DNA of 45,842 nt from Basidiobolus ranarum (Eukaryota). Made by a program: the position numbers and the translations under genes. This document shows positions 24,669 to 37,269 of this stretch, piece after piece. The notes beneath the pieces were generated by a model that worked only from the letters and a program-made list of their open reading frames with translations, did no database searches and had not been told where the DNA came from. Position 1 is the first letter of the stretch. Each line of letters begins with the position of its first letter. Location: assembly GCA_040143965.1 (NCBI GenBank), contig JASJQH010000025.1:1-45842 (forward strand), read 5' to 3'.

Positions 24669-25679
24669 ATGAAAAACATTGGACATTCCATCTTCCCGAA
24701 TGCAAATTACACCACTAAAGGCATGAAAAATACTCCATTGGTAGGAGGTAATGGTGCCCCGTTCCAGACACTGCGCGAAGATGTTGGATTTAACCTGTTC
24801 CCTTTGTCATACAACTTGGATACCCATTTCCTTCCATCCGAAAATTCAATTTACCCCATGTCTCCACCATTCCCAACCACAGCTACGCTCCAAAACCCAT
24901 ATCAGGCCAATGAAGAGGCTTATGAAGCCAGTTCGGATTCAAGTGAGCTGTTTCATCCAACAGAGGTGCGGGAGAAGAGTCCCCCACAGCCAAAGATCCC
25001 CAGACCAGCCAACTGTTTTTTTTTATTTCGTAAAGACAAACAAGCGGAAATCTTCGCCACCAATCCTGGGATCACCAACATGGAGGTATCTAGGATCATC
25101 GGTAAAATGTGGAAGAATATCTCAGTTGAGGAGAAAAGAAGATACCAATGGATGGCTGAGAAAATCAAACTTGATCATCAGGCCAAGTATCCCGACTATA
25201 AATACACTCCCAATAGATCTAAGAATAAACGCAAGAAGTCACCACAAGCAGGAAACGAGTGGGAGACGTGCTCTGAAGATTCAAGAGAGAATCCGCTGAA
25301 GCGACCAAATCATGATGACAATCTGGGATACGCTGGTCGTAAGCCACATGATTATCTCATTAATTCGGATATCTTATCAATATATCCAATATCCAGCGAC
25401 AACCATGGGCTGAGCAACAATCCACTGAATGCGTCTTCGTACGCTTCCTCTAATTACAACTCAGCCAGCGTGGAGTTGCCTTCCATAGATCGTTCCAAGT
25501 ATTTTCCTGGTACCGGTGATAGAAATCTGTACTCGTACTCAAACAATAATGGTTTGATGTACCCCGATGCCGTCCATTACCAGAATACTTCCCACATCGA
25601 GCCTTCTTCTTCCAATGTCTCTGGCCAGACTGGGTTCGATTTCAAATGGTTGCTTGGTGACGGTTGGTTGGAGAATTAG
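24669..25679 (+). CDS. MATA/SOX-class HMG-box transcription factor, intronless
   Basis: KIPRPANCFFLFRKDKQAEIFATNPGITNMEVSRIIGKMWKNISVEEKRRYQWMAEKIKLDHQAKYPDYKYTP followed by a basic tail. First ATG at 24669. Confidence 0.93.
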   Translation: MKNIGHSIFPNANYTTKGMKNTPLVGGNGAPFQTLREDVGFNLFPLSYNLDTHFLPSENSIYPMSPPFPTTATLQNPYQANEEAYEASSDSSELFHPTEVREKSPPQPKIPRPANCFFLFRKDKQAEIFATNPGITNMEVSRIIGKMWKNISVEEKRRYQWMAEKIKLDHQAKYPDYKYTPNRSKNKRKKSPQAGNEWETCSEDSRENPLKRPNHDDNLGYAGRKPHDYLINSDILSIYPISSDNHGLSNNPLNASSYASSNYNSASVELPSIDRSKYFPGTGDRNLYSYSNNNGLMYPDAVHYQNTSHIEPSSSNVSGQTGFDFKWLLGDGWLEN

Positions 25680-25934
25680 AGAATTCAGGGCGTATGATTG
25701 ATACCTAGATATATCCGGAATATTAGATTCGATTTCTACCAGCATTTCCCTATCTCAATCAATAGAGTCTTTACAATCACATCTGCTGCATGTCTTATAT
25801 TCAAAGATTTATTGCAAAGAATGTTATCTTTGGAATCAAGGGATATATCATTGGGTATATCATGGTTGTATAGTTAATAAATACCAAAATGCACTAAGCT
25901 AGGGAATTGTCTAAAATATGTCTACATGTTCTCC

Positions 25935-28117
25935 CTATTCTCGAGATATGTAGGTGGTTATAGTGGAGTTTGCTGACATATCTTGTGAATTGGGTTTCCT
26001 TAATTGGGGAATGCCTCCTAGGTTATCTTGGTAGTGCTGACCAATTCTTTGCTCCCAATGTCGGTTACGGTCCCATTCAAGAATGCGGATGCTCCAGGAG
26101 ATGGAATACCAAGTGTCTTTAAGCTCTTGTATTTTCTGTTTTAACAATACTATAACTCGATCCTTAGTCATAGCCCCGGGACGTCCATCATTAAGCTTGA
26201 GCTGTTTGACTGAAGATAGGACGCCTTTTTTGGCATCGTTCAGATGGTTCAAATAGTTTAGCATAGATCGACGGTAGGCCTCGTAGCTAGGATTGTACAT
26301 GTGATGGTGCAGGGCCTCAAAATGTTTGAATGAATACATGGTTAGTCTGGGGTGATGAGCATAACTTTCCATAATGTTGTTGTTTTCCAATAATCGCATA
26401 GGCTTCACAATGAAAATTATTCGAGAGGTTTCTGGATAAAAGGGAGGACGTTTGGAAATAGTTGGAGAGTTGGGCATTAAAGGCTCTCTGGGTAACTGGA
26501 GTTCAATAGTCTCAACATCGTATAAATCTTTCAAGCTAAGTTGAAGCCTGGTCATTTGTTGGAGTTTGATAAATCCCTGAAGGAAATGCAGGCGAAATTG
26601 TGCAATTTGAGTCAGATTTTTGGAGTTTTGTAAAGTGTATTGAATATCGTCAATGAAGCTTGGATCGATAACTTCTTCTCGTGAAGATAGAATGGCTTCC
26701 CATTCGTCCTTTCTTAATGTCGAATCATCTCTAACCTTAACCATCGGGGTCATATGCTTACGATCCTTTGGAATCAGAACATTTAGTCCCGAAGGAACTG
26801 CTTGTAAATGAATCAAACTAATGTACAACCCTGGCGAAGGTCGACTGTATCTTGCGTTGAGGAGGGTCCAAGCTTGGGAGAACACAGTACAGCATGAGGA
26901 GTAAACCTCAATATCTAAAGATTCAATAGAGCGCCACTTTAATGTCCCGTTCTTGATACTTTCAGTGGCAATCAAAGGAAGCGAGTCGTCAGTAACATAT
27001 TGTAAGGACATGAGCATCTTGGATGAGAGTTGAGAAATATCCAATGGGTGTTCGTACAGCAGTCCGAGCTTTGGAAGAGGAGTGATCTTCATCAGACTAT
27101 TAGCTGCATCACAGAAGGCCAATCTCAAGTCAACATCATGGCCTGGAATACGAGATTGCTTATGAAGTAATGGGTTGTAGGTTTCAGAGGTATTCGAGTT
27201 TTCCCAATCCATGGACGCTTTTAGAATCCACATAAATTCGTCACTTTTTTCGTTGAACTCCACCTCCCCTGTAACTGAGGAAAACGAATCGGTGACCGAA
27301 ACAGTAGGTAACAATCCGTTACCAGTCTGCAAGACTTTATGATCGCTACGAAACACTAAGGTTGATAAAAAAAGTGAATCCCGGCGAAGCTTGGTTCTTA
27401 GTGAAGTGTAAGATCTTCCAAATAGGTTGGTGAAGGAGTTATGTTTAGGTGGCAAGGATTTCATGACGTCTTCGGGATTTCTGGATAGGATAGGCTGGAT
27501 TTGTGTGAGTTACATTTGATTTAGCACCATCAATAGTTATTAGATTTACCAATTTTGAAGCCATTAATTCGAAATAGTCTGGCTTTTTACTGAGCAGAAG
27601 AAGTGACTTCTAAGAAATAACATTAGCTAGTTAATTCTCTTTGCATTATTACTACACCGTCTTACCCTGGTTTCGGGAGGGTAGGACTCGATGGAGTAAG
27701 CATCATTCAGCCAGCTATTGAGAGTTTGGCAGTAGCTGTGGTACAAGGAGAATGTTAGTAGTGGCTTAGCTTAGAGGCATGATTAAACGTACATTGCATA
27801 ATTCCACTCGTCCCAGTACTCGAAGTTTTCACAGCACTGTAAGTATAAATATTAATAGCTATTTATTCCAAAATTTAGCATTGGTTAGACTAACCAACTC
27901 GACGGCCTTTCTAATAACTGTCCCTTGAGGAATCTTTAGGTGAACGACTTTGGCTCGGGTTAAATCTCTGACACTGATGGTAACATTTGGGGAGCTGTTC
28001 AACGAACGTTAATTCGCAATCTAGATAATCTCTTGTAAGAGGAGTATCGAATTAGCATAACACATACTTGGAATCATCGAAGGTGGCACCATTCGAGGGG
28101 TTGTTATAGGTGTTCAT
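25935..28117 (-). CDS. ANKFN1/WAKE-like protein with an N-terminal ubiquitin-like (FERM-F0-like) domain (5 introns)
   Basis: Five short 5' exons splice in frame into the 509-aa ORF. Blocks LFLSTLVFRSDHKVLQTGNGLLPTVSV, EFMWILKASMDWE, PGLYISLIHL, VKVRDDSTLRKDEWE, LYDVETIEL, FEALHHHMY and WYSISWSIRILEWDR resemble the recalled ANKFN1 core. The gene itself is well supported; the family call is from memory. Confidence 0.7.
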
Positions 28118-29551
28118 TTATGTCAGTAGATATGTAAGTAATCAAAAATGCTGAAGCGAACCTCAAGCTTATATAAGAGTTTTAGAAGCATCTGCTATTC
28201 GATCGGCTTTAGGGTCCGTTTGCTCCTTTTTTTCTTGGACCTAAATGACTCTTGCTGCATACATCAAAAGCAGATTGGAATAAAAACAATTTAATCCAAG
28301 TTTATGCTAAAGAAACCAGTTCCTGATGAGTCAAGTGGCAGACTTGAAAAGTCTAAATGATCGGGAGTTCTGTTAAGAGGCAGAAATCAGTGTATAAGGC
28401 GAATAGTATTACAGTATAAATTACCAGCTAGTTGGTTAAAGCCACGAAGGGACGGGTAAAGGTGCATGAAACTCGTTTATATGGGCATTTTGACTTGAAC
28501 AACATTAGTTGCATTGATGAATTGCCATTTGCCTTTCTCCAATGTTAAGCATAAATTTCGTATCGCGATCAATCAGATCCAAACAGAGCACTTTATGCCT
28601 GTTCCCCTTCTCTTCTCTTTCCATCAAATTCGATGTGATTTTCTCCTGGCTCCATGTGTCTCTGATACGACTCAGACCGCCTTCCTAAAGCATCGACCGC
28701 GATATCTGAAACCGTTACGATGACATTGACTTGCATGAATCTATATATCGAATGTCTATAACCCTATCTCCAACAAATAAACAAGATTGGAATTGTACAG
28801 GGAAACCTAGTTTGGTTACAAATTCTCTGGTAAGGTTCAGGGAGTATTAGCATAGATTATAATCCATTCCACGTACCCTAGCCACGCTTAAATTGATTGA
28901 TATTTCCCAAAAACATCCCTTTTTTGAGGTTGAACAGGTATGAGTGAGAACAGGTGAAATGGGTGAATATCCTGCAAAGTTATATTCCTATCGACCCTTA
29001 TTCAATTCCTATAACATTCCAGTGCTGACCCAACCCTAACCATATTCGACCCAATTCCTCGCAAATATAGAAAGTTATGCACTCCTTTTATATCGAGTCT
29101 CATGACGATATACATCTGAATCTGAGCAATCTGAAATCAGATGCTTATGAATACATACAAGACATCCATGCGACTCACTCGCGACTTCCATTGGTATTAG
29201 TGAGCACGATCTGCTGATGCTATTTTGGATTAATGAGGCTATTTTGGATTGATTGTGCATTGTTTTTATCCTACTTTTAGGTGCTATTAAGCTAGGTCAT
29301 CTTAAGCGCGTAGGATTTATTTGGTCCTTACGCAGATCACACTTTATCAGTGTGGAGAATGCGATAGGATAGAGTTAGGGTTAGTTTGAACATTTGACAT
29401 CATTAACATTGACATCAGTTTGATCTAGGATCATGCTGTAAGTAAAAAATCTGGTTTCGTTTTTACTACGGTGTGCGTGAGTGCAAAGGAGGTAGCGTTG
29501 ACAATGTTGTGCGTATCCAAAATACTTTATTTTTGGCAAGTTAGTGGATTT

Positions 29552-29583
29552 CTTGCGATATACTAGGCTTGCGATATACTAGG
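29552..29583. repeat. Tandem duplication of a 16-bp unit
   Basis: cttgcgatatactagg x2. Confidence 0.75.
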
Positions 29584-30797
29584 TTTACATAGAAAATTAT
29601 CTATATGTTGTCACAGGTAACATTCTCGATAATGAATGTAATACTGGAGGAGAAAGATGAGGATTTTGGGCTGTATGTATAACAGATAGAATGAGGTAAA
29701 ATGGCTATGTATAGTACTCATATTTAAGACATGTATAATTGCGTTGGATCATGATACAATACAATAACAATGTAGTTGTGTATATTTTGTGATCCAAGGC
29801 AATTATACGATATAACAACAATCTGGTTGTTTATGTTTCGGTATGTATGTTTCATGGATAGCTGATAGTAGCTCACTAATACTCACTTTATGATAAGTGC
29901 TAGCTCCACAACAGGATAAAAAGTTCCAAGAGTGTCTGGAGTTTAAGCTAAAAGAGTACTTGTCACTTGATTATTAGCCAATACATCCATACTATGTGAG
30001 ATTAATTGTTCGCCAAGTGTTTTCCATCTCTTATATTGGGGCTTCAAAACGAGTACTTTACCCGAAAAACTTTTAAATGTTTTACTCAGAGTCAATTACA
30101 GTGGAATCAAGTTGGGAATTAAAACGTCGATATCTGTATCTGTGAAGTTGAACCAGAGGTTTGAAAGGCAAATAACTTCTTTGTATTCTATCCGAAGTTC
30201 TCCGACCAATAAGTCTTCTCTTGAAGGTCGAGAGTTGATTACCACAAGTGATGATGTTACGGAAATACGAAATCAACAGGAAAGCGTATTAAGGTAAAAA
30301 TCGAGTATCTTTGTATTGAGACTGAGTATGAAGTATCTCTAGAAGTGGCCTTAATACTGTAGAGAGGCGTTCTTATGCTATGGCTATTATAGAAGTGGAT
30401 TGAACTCAGGCATAGAACGTACTGGCCCATTTCCCCATAGCTTAATTCCTGTAAGAATCCGATCATAACATCCATTGGATCTAGAAAGGTCGAAACGCCT
30501 TGGATCGCGATTCCAATAAAGCACTTCACCAATTGTCGTTATCTCTAGCATCACACGTGAGGTGGTACTGCAAATCTAGAAAAGGAAACTAATAAATCGT
30601 TTTTCTTTTCCTTTTAATTATGAGTCAATTTCGTACGTACAAGACGATAAAAGAGCATCCATCAAAAGTAAATAATAAGACGAGATATATTTGGTAGGTG
30701 GGAGAATACGTGTATTATATAGGTTATTTGATACATTGTATATATTAACGGCTGTAATGCGGGTAGAAGCATTGTGGGTGAATAGGAAAGTGCTGAT

Positions 30798-32025
30798 TTA
30801 ATTCTTGAAGAGAAGAACGTCTCCCTCATCCTCGACATAACGGCACTTGGTCCAGCTGTTCCAAACAGCGCTCACAAGTGGTCTATTGTCGAACGAGTAA
30901 TAGTCACCAAGGACCTTCTTGATAGCTTCAGTGGCTTCTTCGGCGTGGTAATGTGGCATTTGTGAGAAGAGATGGTGAGCAATGTGGGTATCAGCAATAT
31001 GATGGAACGCAGTGTTGAGAATGAATCCGTAATCACGATCTATGGTAGCTAAAGCTCCACGAACGAAGTTCCATTCGTTATTACGATAGTGGGGGAGTTG
31101 AGGATCGGTATGCTGCAAGTATGTTATTAATACCAACCAAAAGTTTACCCAGAGATAAGGAATCAAGTAGAATTTCACAACAGCCATGGATCCGTAGACT
31201 TGAGATGCACCGATTAAAGCACCTATGGTTGCAAAAATACCAGCAACAGAAGCAATAATCTCCCATTTGTCTTTAGCATCAAAGATGGGTGACCAATGAT
31301 GGAAATGGGATGTCCATCTTCCATAATCTTGTCCAGAGGCATTCCAGAGAAGGTATGCAGGCCAACCAAAAGTCAACATAATGAAAATCCATCCCAAATC
31401 AACCAAAGGTGCAGCCATGATAGCTGAATCTTCATGGTCCTCGTCGTCATCCTTTTTAGGAGCCAAACCCATCTCGCTACGAGTTGATGGAACAAACACT
31501 TGATCTCTGGTCATATGTCCAGTTGCCTTGTGATGCTTAGAGTGACTAATTCTCCATGAATGATAAGGAACAAGTAGAGCAGTATGAAGAACAAAGCCAA
31601 CGGTATTGTTGATGGTCCTGGAAGGAGAGAAGGCTTGGTGTCCGCTAATAAATGGAAAGATGGTTACTTATCTGCTGAAAGTAACTTAACAATAGGAATG
31701 AAATTACGAACCATTCATGAGCGAGGACCCATACACCGGTACTGACAATACCTTGAAGGAACCAATACACAGGCCAGGCAACATAACGAAGAGTGATTGG
31801 AAGAGAATCGATAAAGGTAGCTGCGTAGAACAATGCTGCAATCAAGGACAAGTCCACAACCACGTAAACGAAGGATCTTAGAGTATCTCGTTCAAAACAG
31901 TGAGCTGGAACAGCATCACGTAACTCTTTGATAGTGAAGTTGGGCGGTATGAATGACTTGGGAGCAGACTTCTCTGACTTGCCATCGGTGTTCACTCTCT
32001 GCCTGAGGCCGGTATCTTTAACCAT
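30798..32025 (-). CDS. FAD2: Delta-12 (omega-6) fatty acid desaturase, 1 intron (31711-31645)
   Basis: PNFTIKELRDAVPAHCFER; three His boxes HECGH (across the intron), HSKHH and HIAHH; TYLQHTDP; GALATIDR. Delta-15 or bifunctional activity cannot be excluded from sequence. Confidence 0.88.
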
Positions 32026-32808
32026 TTCAGCGTGTGGGGTGAAGGAATTCGGGATGATGAATCGACAATAAAGAGGTCTCCGCATCCTATTAATATATGC
32101 AAACTTGTGAAAAAAAGTTGGGTGAAGCAATGCCCTATTGGGACATTTGAAAGCCGCAATTAGACATATATCAATTCAATAGAAGGAGTGATTGGGGTGT
32201 AGGTCAAGGCCTAGCTGATTCACCAAATGATCGCATGTTTAGATTCGTATCTTACACATATTCGGAGCAACCGGAAGACCATGAAACTAATGAAACTCCA
32301 GCTTCAACAGATTAGAGCTACACACCAGCAAGAAGCTGAGGTGTCTAGACATAGAACTGAACAGCCTGCATAGAGTGGTCACAGAGCATTTGCATACGCT
32401 GCATGTTCAGATAAGTGAAAGTGGAATATCGAAAGGTTCAGCCAATGTCTAATAGACAAGTGGAAGAATCCAAAATTGGAATACTTGAGTTTCTTAGCCG
32501 AACAGGGCATGGATTTGATTGAATATCGGTAAACGTGTGAGAAATCACTTGACACACTACACTAGGATATATATATGTGGATGTATCAATCTAATCTAAA
32601 TGAAGCTCATAATAAAACATACTTCGCAACCATGTTTTGCTGCTCTATACCAATCATCGACGATAGTACATTTAGTTCAGTTATCTAATCTCGCCGCGTA
32701 GTGCATTTGCTTCAGATATACTAGGGTTAGGGTTAAGGGGACAACATGGAAATATGACGGAATACTTTATTCTAGGATTAATATACAGGTCAGTCTACAT
32801 CTGAACCT

Positions 32809-33279
32809 CTAGGCTTTAAAGAATGTGACAAAAGCAATGGTGTTCTCTCTATCATCCCAAGAGGTGCCCGAAAAGTTAATCTGTAAACCAATAGGTTCGT
32901 AAAGTATCCATACAGGTACACCTTTGATACCTCCCCCCTTTTTGCTGGGTTCACCTAGCTTTTCAACCACCTCCCAGGCTTTCATATTTAAGGAAAGTTC
33001 TTCCGGCAAGGTTCCTCGAAACCCTTGATAATTATCTACATTTTCGTTGTAAAAATGAAACGCTCCTACTTTGGCATTCGAAGTAGGCTCGATGCTAGCG
33101 GAAACTTGATCAAAACAAATAGACACCCCTTCATCTCGATAATTCAGGTAGAAGCAATCTCGGAAAGAGACTCTCTGTGGCTCTGAAGAGAATTTTTGAA
33201 GATATTGTTGTACTTCAGGTGAGTCAAAGTCTTTTCCTATAAGAAGATAGTACTCCATCAAGTTCGTTAGGAAAGCCAT
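32809..33279 (-). CDS. Hypothetical protein (~150 aa), intronless
   Basis: Protein-like ORF containing YLNYRDEGVSICFD and VVEKLGEPSKKGGG...VWILYEPIGLQINF. Start could be 33279 or 33258. Confidence 0.75.
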   Translation of the reverse strand: MAFLTNLMEYYLLIGKDFDSPEVQQYLQKFSSEPQRVSFRDCFYLNYRDEGVSICFDQVSASIEPTSNAKVGAFHFYNENVDNYQGFRGTLPEELSLNMKAWEVVEKLGEPSKKGGGIKGVPVWILYEPIGLQINFSGTSWDDRENTIAFVTFFKA

Positions 33280-33446
33280 CAAAACATGGCTAGTGATTTT
33301 TTTGTCCTATACAGCGAATGATTTTGAGTAAATCTGATTTGTCCAATCAAGCTACCAATAGGAGTTACTTTGTTCTTTATTTGCAATGGTAAAAAGGAAA
33401 GTTTGTGTTATTAACAAAGATGTACACACAAGAACGCTTGAGTCAA

Positions 33447-34787
33447 TCAATAATCTTTTTCTCCTTTAACTTCATGCCACTGAAGCTTGGGAAGTTGGAT
33501 ATCAGGTAGAAGTAATACACGGTCGATCACGTGAATTACTCCATTTTCAACAATTCCATCTGCCAATATGACTCGTGCTTGACGATTGATAGTAATATCA
33601 ATGTTATCCTTATAATCAGTGACGATACGAAGTACAAGCTTCTCTCCACGAATCCATGATGGATAATCAATGCTATAGACATCAAAGTCCTCGAAATCTT
33701 CGTAGTCAGAATGTTTCTTGTTATGACGGCCTGTTACTTCGATGTCCTCGCTTTCTTGAGCGCGTTGCTTTCCATTGTCACGTCTATAACGTGACTCGTT
33801 ACCGTTATTGGTATCTGGGTTTCCTCTGCGGTTAGGCAAACGTTCCTCCAAGTCATTGTCACGAGGGATACTATTCTGAGCCACCCTTCCGTCTGCTGGG
33901 AGTTTCAAATCACCAGCGTAAATAAGTTCAGGCGATATGTGACTGAGTAAGATATCACGAAGATCCTCTCGTCCGTTAGAAGAAAACAAGTAATCCAAAG
34001 CAGTGCGTCCTAAACTCTTGAAAGCAAAGTTACTAGGAACGAAAACTGTCAATCCAGGTTCCTTGAATTCTTTCTCAAGTCCGGATTTTTTCAACGCCTT
34101 GAGGAAGATAGAGAATTGAGAAAACTCCTCCAATTGCTTTGGAATACTTTTTGGAAGCTCAAGGACTTGTTTGATGATGTGGACGATACCATTTCTAGCC
34201 TCAATGTTAGCTTCGCTTACTTTGGTTCCGTAATTTAAGTAGAGATGACCCCCTTTACGCTCAATCAAGACACGCTGGGGCTCATTAAATAGCTCAGGGG
34301 TGATATAGTTAGTGGCCAATACGTCGCTCTTCCTGATGTCTTCTTCATCAACGATATCTGAAATGATATGGTAATCGAGAATCTTTTGAAGTTTTTCACG
34401 AGAGACGTTGTGATGCTTGTTAAATGCTTCAAACGCCTTGTCAGTGGGAGCAAAGATAGTCACCTATAATCCAAATTATCCCATCAATAGACGTAACAAA
34501 GCTATATTTCAATGGGTGGTACTAACCTGATTACGTGGATCACTGAGGTCATTCTGAAAATTGCTGTTTGATGAGGAGAGCGATTTCAAAAGCTCTGAAA
34601 AGCGACCGTCACGGTCCAAAATCTCCAATACAGTATTGGATTTTCCGTAATTCCGGGTTTCCTTGACTTCATCTTCCTCGCTGCTCTTCTCCACTGAATC
34701 TGTTGGAGTGGAGATAGTAGCGTTCTTCTCCTCTTCTTCATGCTCTTTAGTCCCAGAAAAATCAAAGAAAGAACGAGCCGTGGACAT
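33447..34787 (-). CDS. Fasciclin (FAS1) domain protein; 5' end uncertain
   Basis: H1 motifs TIFAPTDKAF and TVFVPSNFAF, YHII, and H2 motifs NGIVHIIKQVL and NGVIHVIDRVL. An intron at ~34526-34464 joins the upstream exon. Confidence 0.88.
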
Positions 34788-35435
34788 ATCGATTTTATTG
34801 CTAAGAGGGAAATGTGTGGTTGAAATGGTGAGTTATGGTCTGAACACTCGAGTTATATACACCCAATACCTATTCCATTTGGATCTACTGAATAAGACCA
34901 GCGAATAGCCGCTTGATCTGAGTCTAAGCCACCACACCTTATAATAATCATTAAAATAGAAATAATATAAAAAGCACTGATTACGAAGGATTAGAAGAAA
35001 TAACGAAGTTTGTGGTGGCTTATACAAACTCTCAGTATCCAACACGCTTGTACAAAACGATCACGATAGGTGGTTAGGCAGTTATTCTGACTAAACAGAC
35101 TACAAAAGTATCGACTGGGGCATGTGGTTCAAGAAAGTAAAATTTATCGTCATTCACGTTAACTCTTGCACTTTTTTGGGACCAACCCTTGAAGTCAGCG
35201 TGAAAAAGAAACAGTGGCATGTTCGTAAAATTGTTGCTAATCAATGGTACAATGTTTCTGTTAATTATAGAGATTGTAAATATCTATGAATGTTTTTTAT
35301 TATCACAAATTACTCCAATATACTACATTAAAGGAATATCATTCCCCAAAAAAAGAAATCAAACTATATTTTCCATAATTTAATAATGAAAATAGAATAT
35401 ATGTTAATTTAAACTAAACTCTAAATGGAATTCTT

Positions 35436-37269
35436 TCATTCGGAATCTTGTTCTGCTACAACCTCCTCTTGGACTGTACGATCTTTCAACATGAAACTTT
35501 CGATAGCTGAAGTGAAGGAAATTAAAGCAACAAAATTGAAGACCAAATGGAAATTGAAAGGAAACGAATAATCGTGTGTAAGCGACCAACTCCATAGAGA
35601 GCCACCTACGGTTGGACCGATTGCACGTACTAATGAGCACCCAACTTGAGTAATCCCGTTTAGAGAACCAAGAACTCTTCTGGAAGGTGCAGAATTAGCA
35701 ACCTGTTCATAAATATCAAAAGATAAGTGACTGAATATTGAGAACTCCAGATTAGGAATAAGACTTACCAAAATATTACAATTCGTGAAAGAGAAGACAT
35801 TACAAGCAACTCTCATACTAAGCAAAGCTAGTAAAGCTACCCACACTAATTGGCTGGTATTATCGCTTTCCTTCTGTGCGACATACGATACAAACGGTAT
35901 TAAGAAGTGTACGGGAGTAAGAATAAGCATTGAAAGTCGTAAGAATTTCCGGGGTCCAAAGACACTATGTAACCAAGGATATAAAAACCACTGAATTGGC
36001 GGAGTGATGATTCCACAAAATGATAGGAATAGCCCAGTCTGCTTTGTAGTGAAGTGTAATCCGCCTTTAGCGATTGTGGTAGCTGCCCAGATTGGAATTA
36101 CCTCGTCAGTGATAATGGTTTGAAACGCTAGCAGCATGTATCCAATGATCACTGGTATCGTTTCTCTAGTAAAAACTCCTAATATACCTGGATCTGTCTG
36201 TGAATCATTGGAAACTTTGGATGTTCCTTCTTCGGTCAATAGAGGAGTTGCCTCTGTAGGATTGCTTTCGTTGACTTTGGTATCCAATGATTCTTCCAAG
36301 TATAAGTATGCCACGATAAGGCCGAAGAGACTTATCATAGAGGAAACAAAACATGGCAGAAAGTAGGGATAAGTGTGAAAAAATTCCCATTGTCCAAACA
36401 AACTGGGATATTGCTCAGCGGGCTGCGATAACAAACCTCCCAAAATCGGTCCAACTATTAAAGAGCTCTAATCAATCACCAAGTTCATTGTGCCAGTATA
36501 CAAAAACAACTTACTAATACTTCCAACGCCCCACATTAGCGGTAACAAACTAAAAGCGACGCCTGAAACAAGATCAGTATGAAGTGGGTATACTATGTAT
36601 TACAAGTAACTTACTCTGATTAGTCACATCAGTAATCTCTGCAACCATACTCTTGATGACGCCAACATTTCCGTTTAACAGGCCACACATCGAGCGTGTC
36701 ATGATAGCCCAGGTCAAGCTTTTGCTAAAACCGAACAAAAAGGTTCCCAGAAAAGTTCCGAAAAATCCCAATAAAATTACCGGTCGTCGACCTATTCTAT
36801 CCGATACAATGCCCCAAGGAATACCTATTATTACAGTTTAGTCTAGTAACATACGACCATTCTAGGAACGAAATGTAAAAGTACCAGTAAGAACTTGAGC
36901 CAGCGCAAAACTAGAAGCTATATACCCAGCGTAATATCCTATTTCACTTTCGTCTTCAACAAAGTTGAAATCCCTGACCTAAACATATTTTTTTGTGACG
37001 AGTAAGTCATCCGGGAATTTTTGCAGCGAATAATAGATATACTGTCAACGAACCATCTAAAATAGAGGAGGTAGAAACACGTAGGAAGGGTTATCAGTTG
37101 TTCTTTCAAAAATATGGGCAAAGGACGCTCATACATAATAAATGAACGGAAAGAGTAGTGTCATAGACACCGGTTCACCAATTCTAGCCACACATATGAT
37201 AAATAGTTGACGTTTAGGAAGAGGGGTAGGTAAACTATCCGTTTGTGAAGATAGTTTGTTTGAAGGCAT
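35436..37269 (-). CDS. MFS transporter (YCR023C/ZIFL-like) with a 3-nt microexon
   Basis: TPLPKRQLFII...EP; motif A WGIVSDRIGRRPVIL; GLLNGNVGVIKSMVAEITD; YPYFLPC; RAIGPTVGGSLWS. Confidence 0.92.

Noticed and set aside
24751-25299. 182-aa ORF overlapping the HMG gene
   Set aside because: Alternate frame with no recognisable motif; the HMG frame explains the region.
28970-29050. snR30/U17-like motifs (ATATTCCTA...TAACCAT) and a telomere-template-like CAACCCTAACC
   Set aside because: There is no hairpin between the motifs, no closing stem and no ACA box after m2. No other telomerase RNA elements are recognisable, so this is probably chance.
30380-30540. Minus-strand peptide YWNRDPRRFDLSR...WGNGPVRS, faintly like P450 PERF and heme motifs
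   Set aside because: No heme Cys, a short frame and no other P450 sequence.
32722-32740. Telomere-like TAGGGTTAGGGTTAAGGG (also near 29374)
   Set aside because: Only 2-3 units, internal and intergenic. Not a telomere; at most a transcription-factor site.
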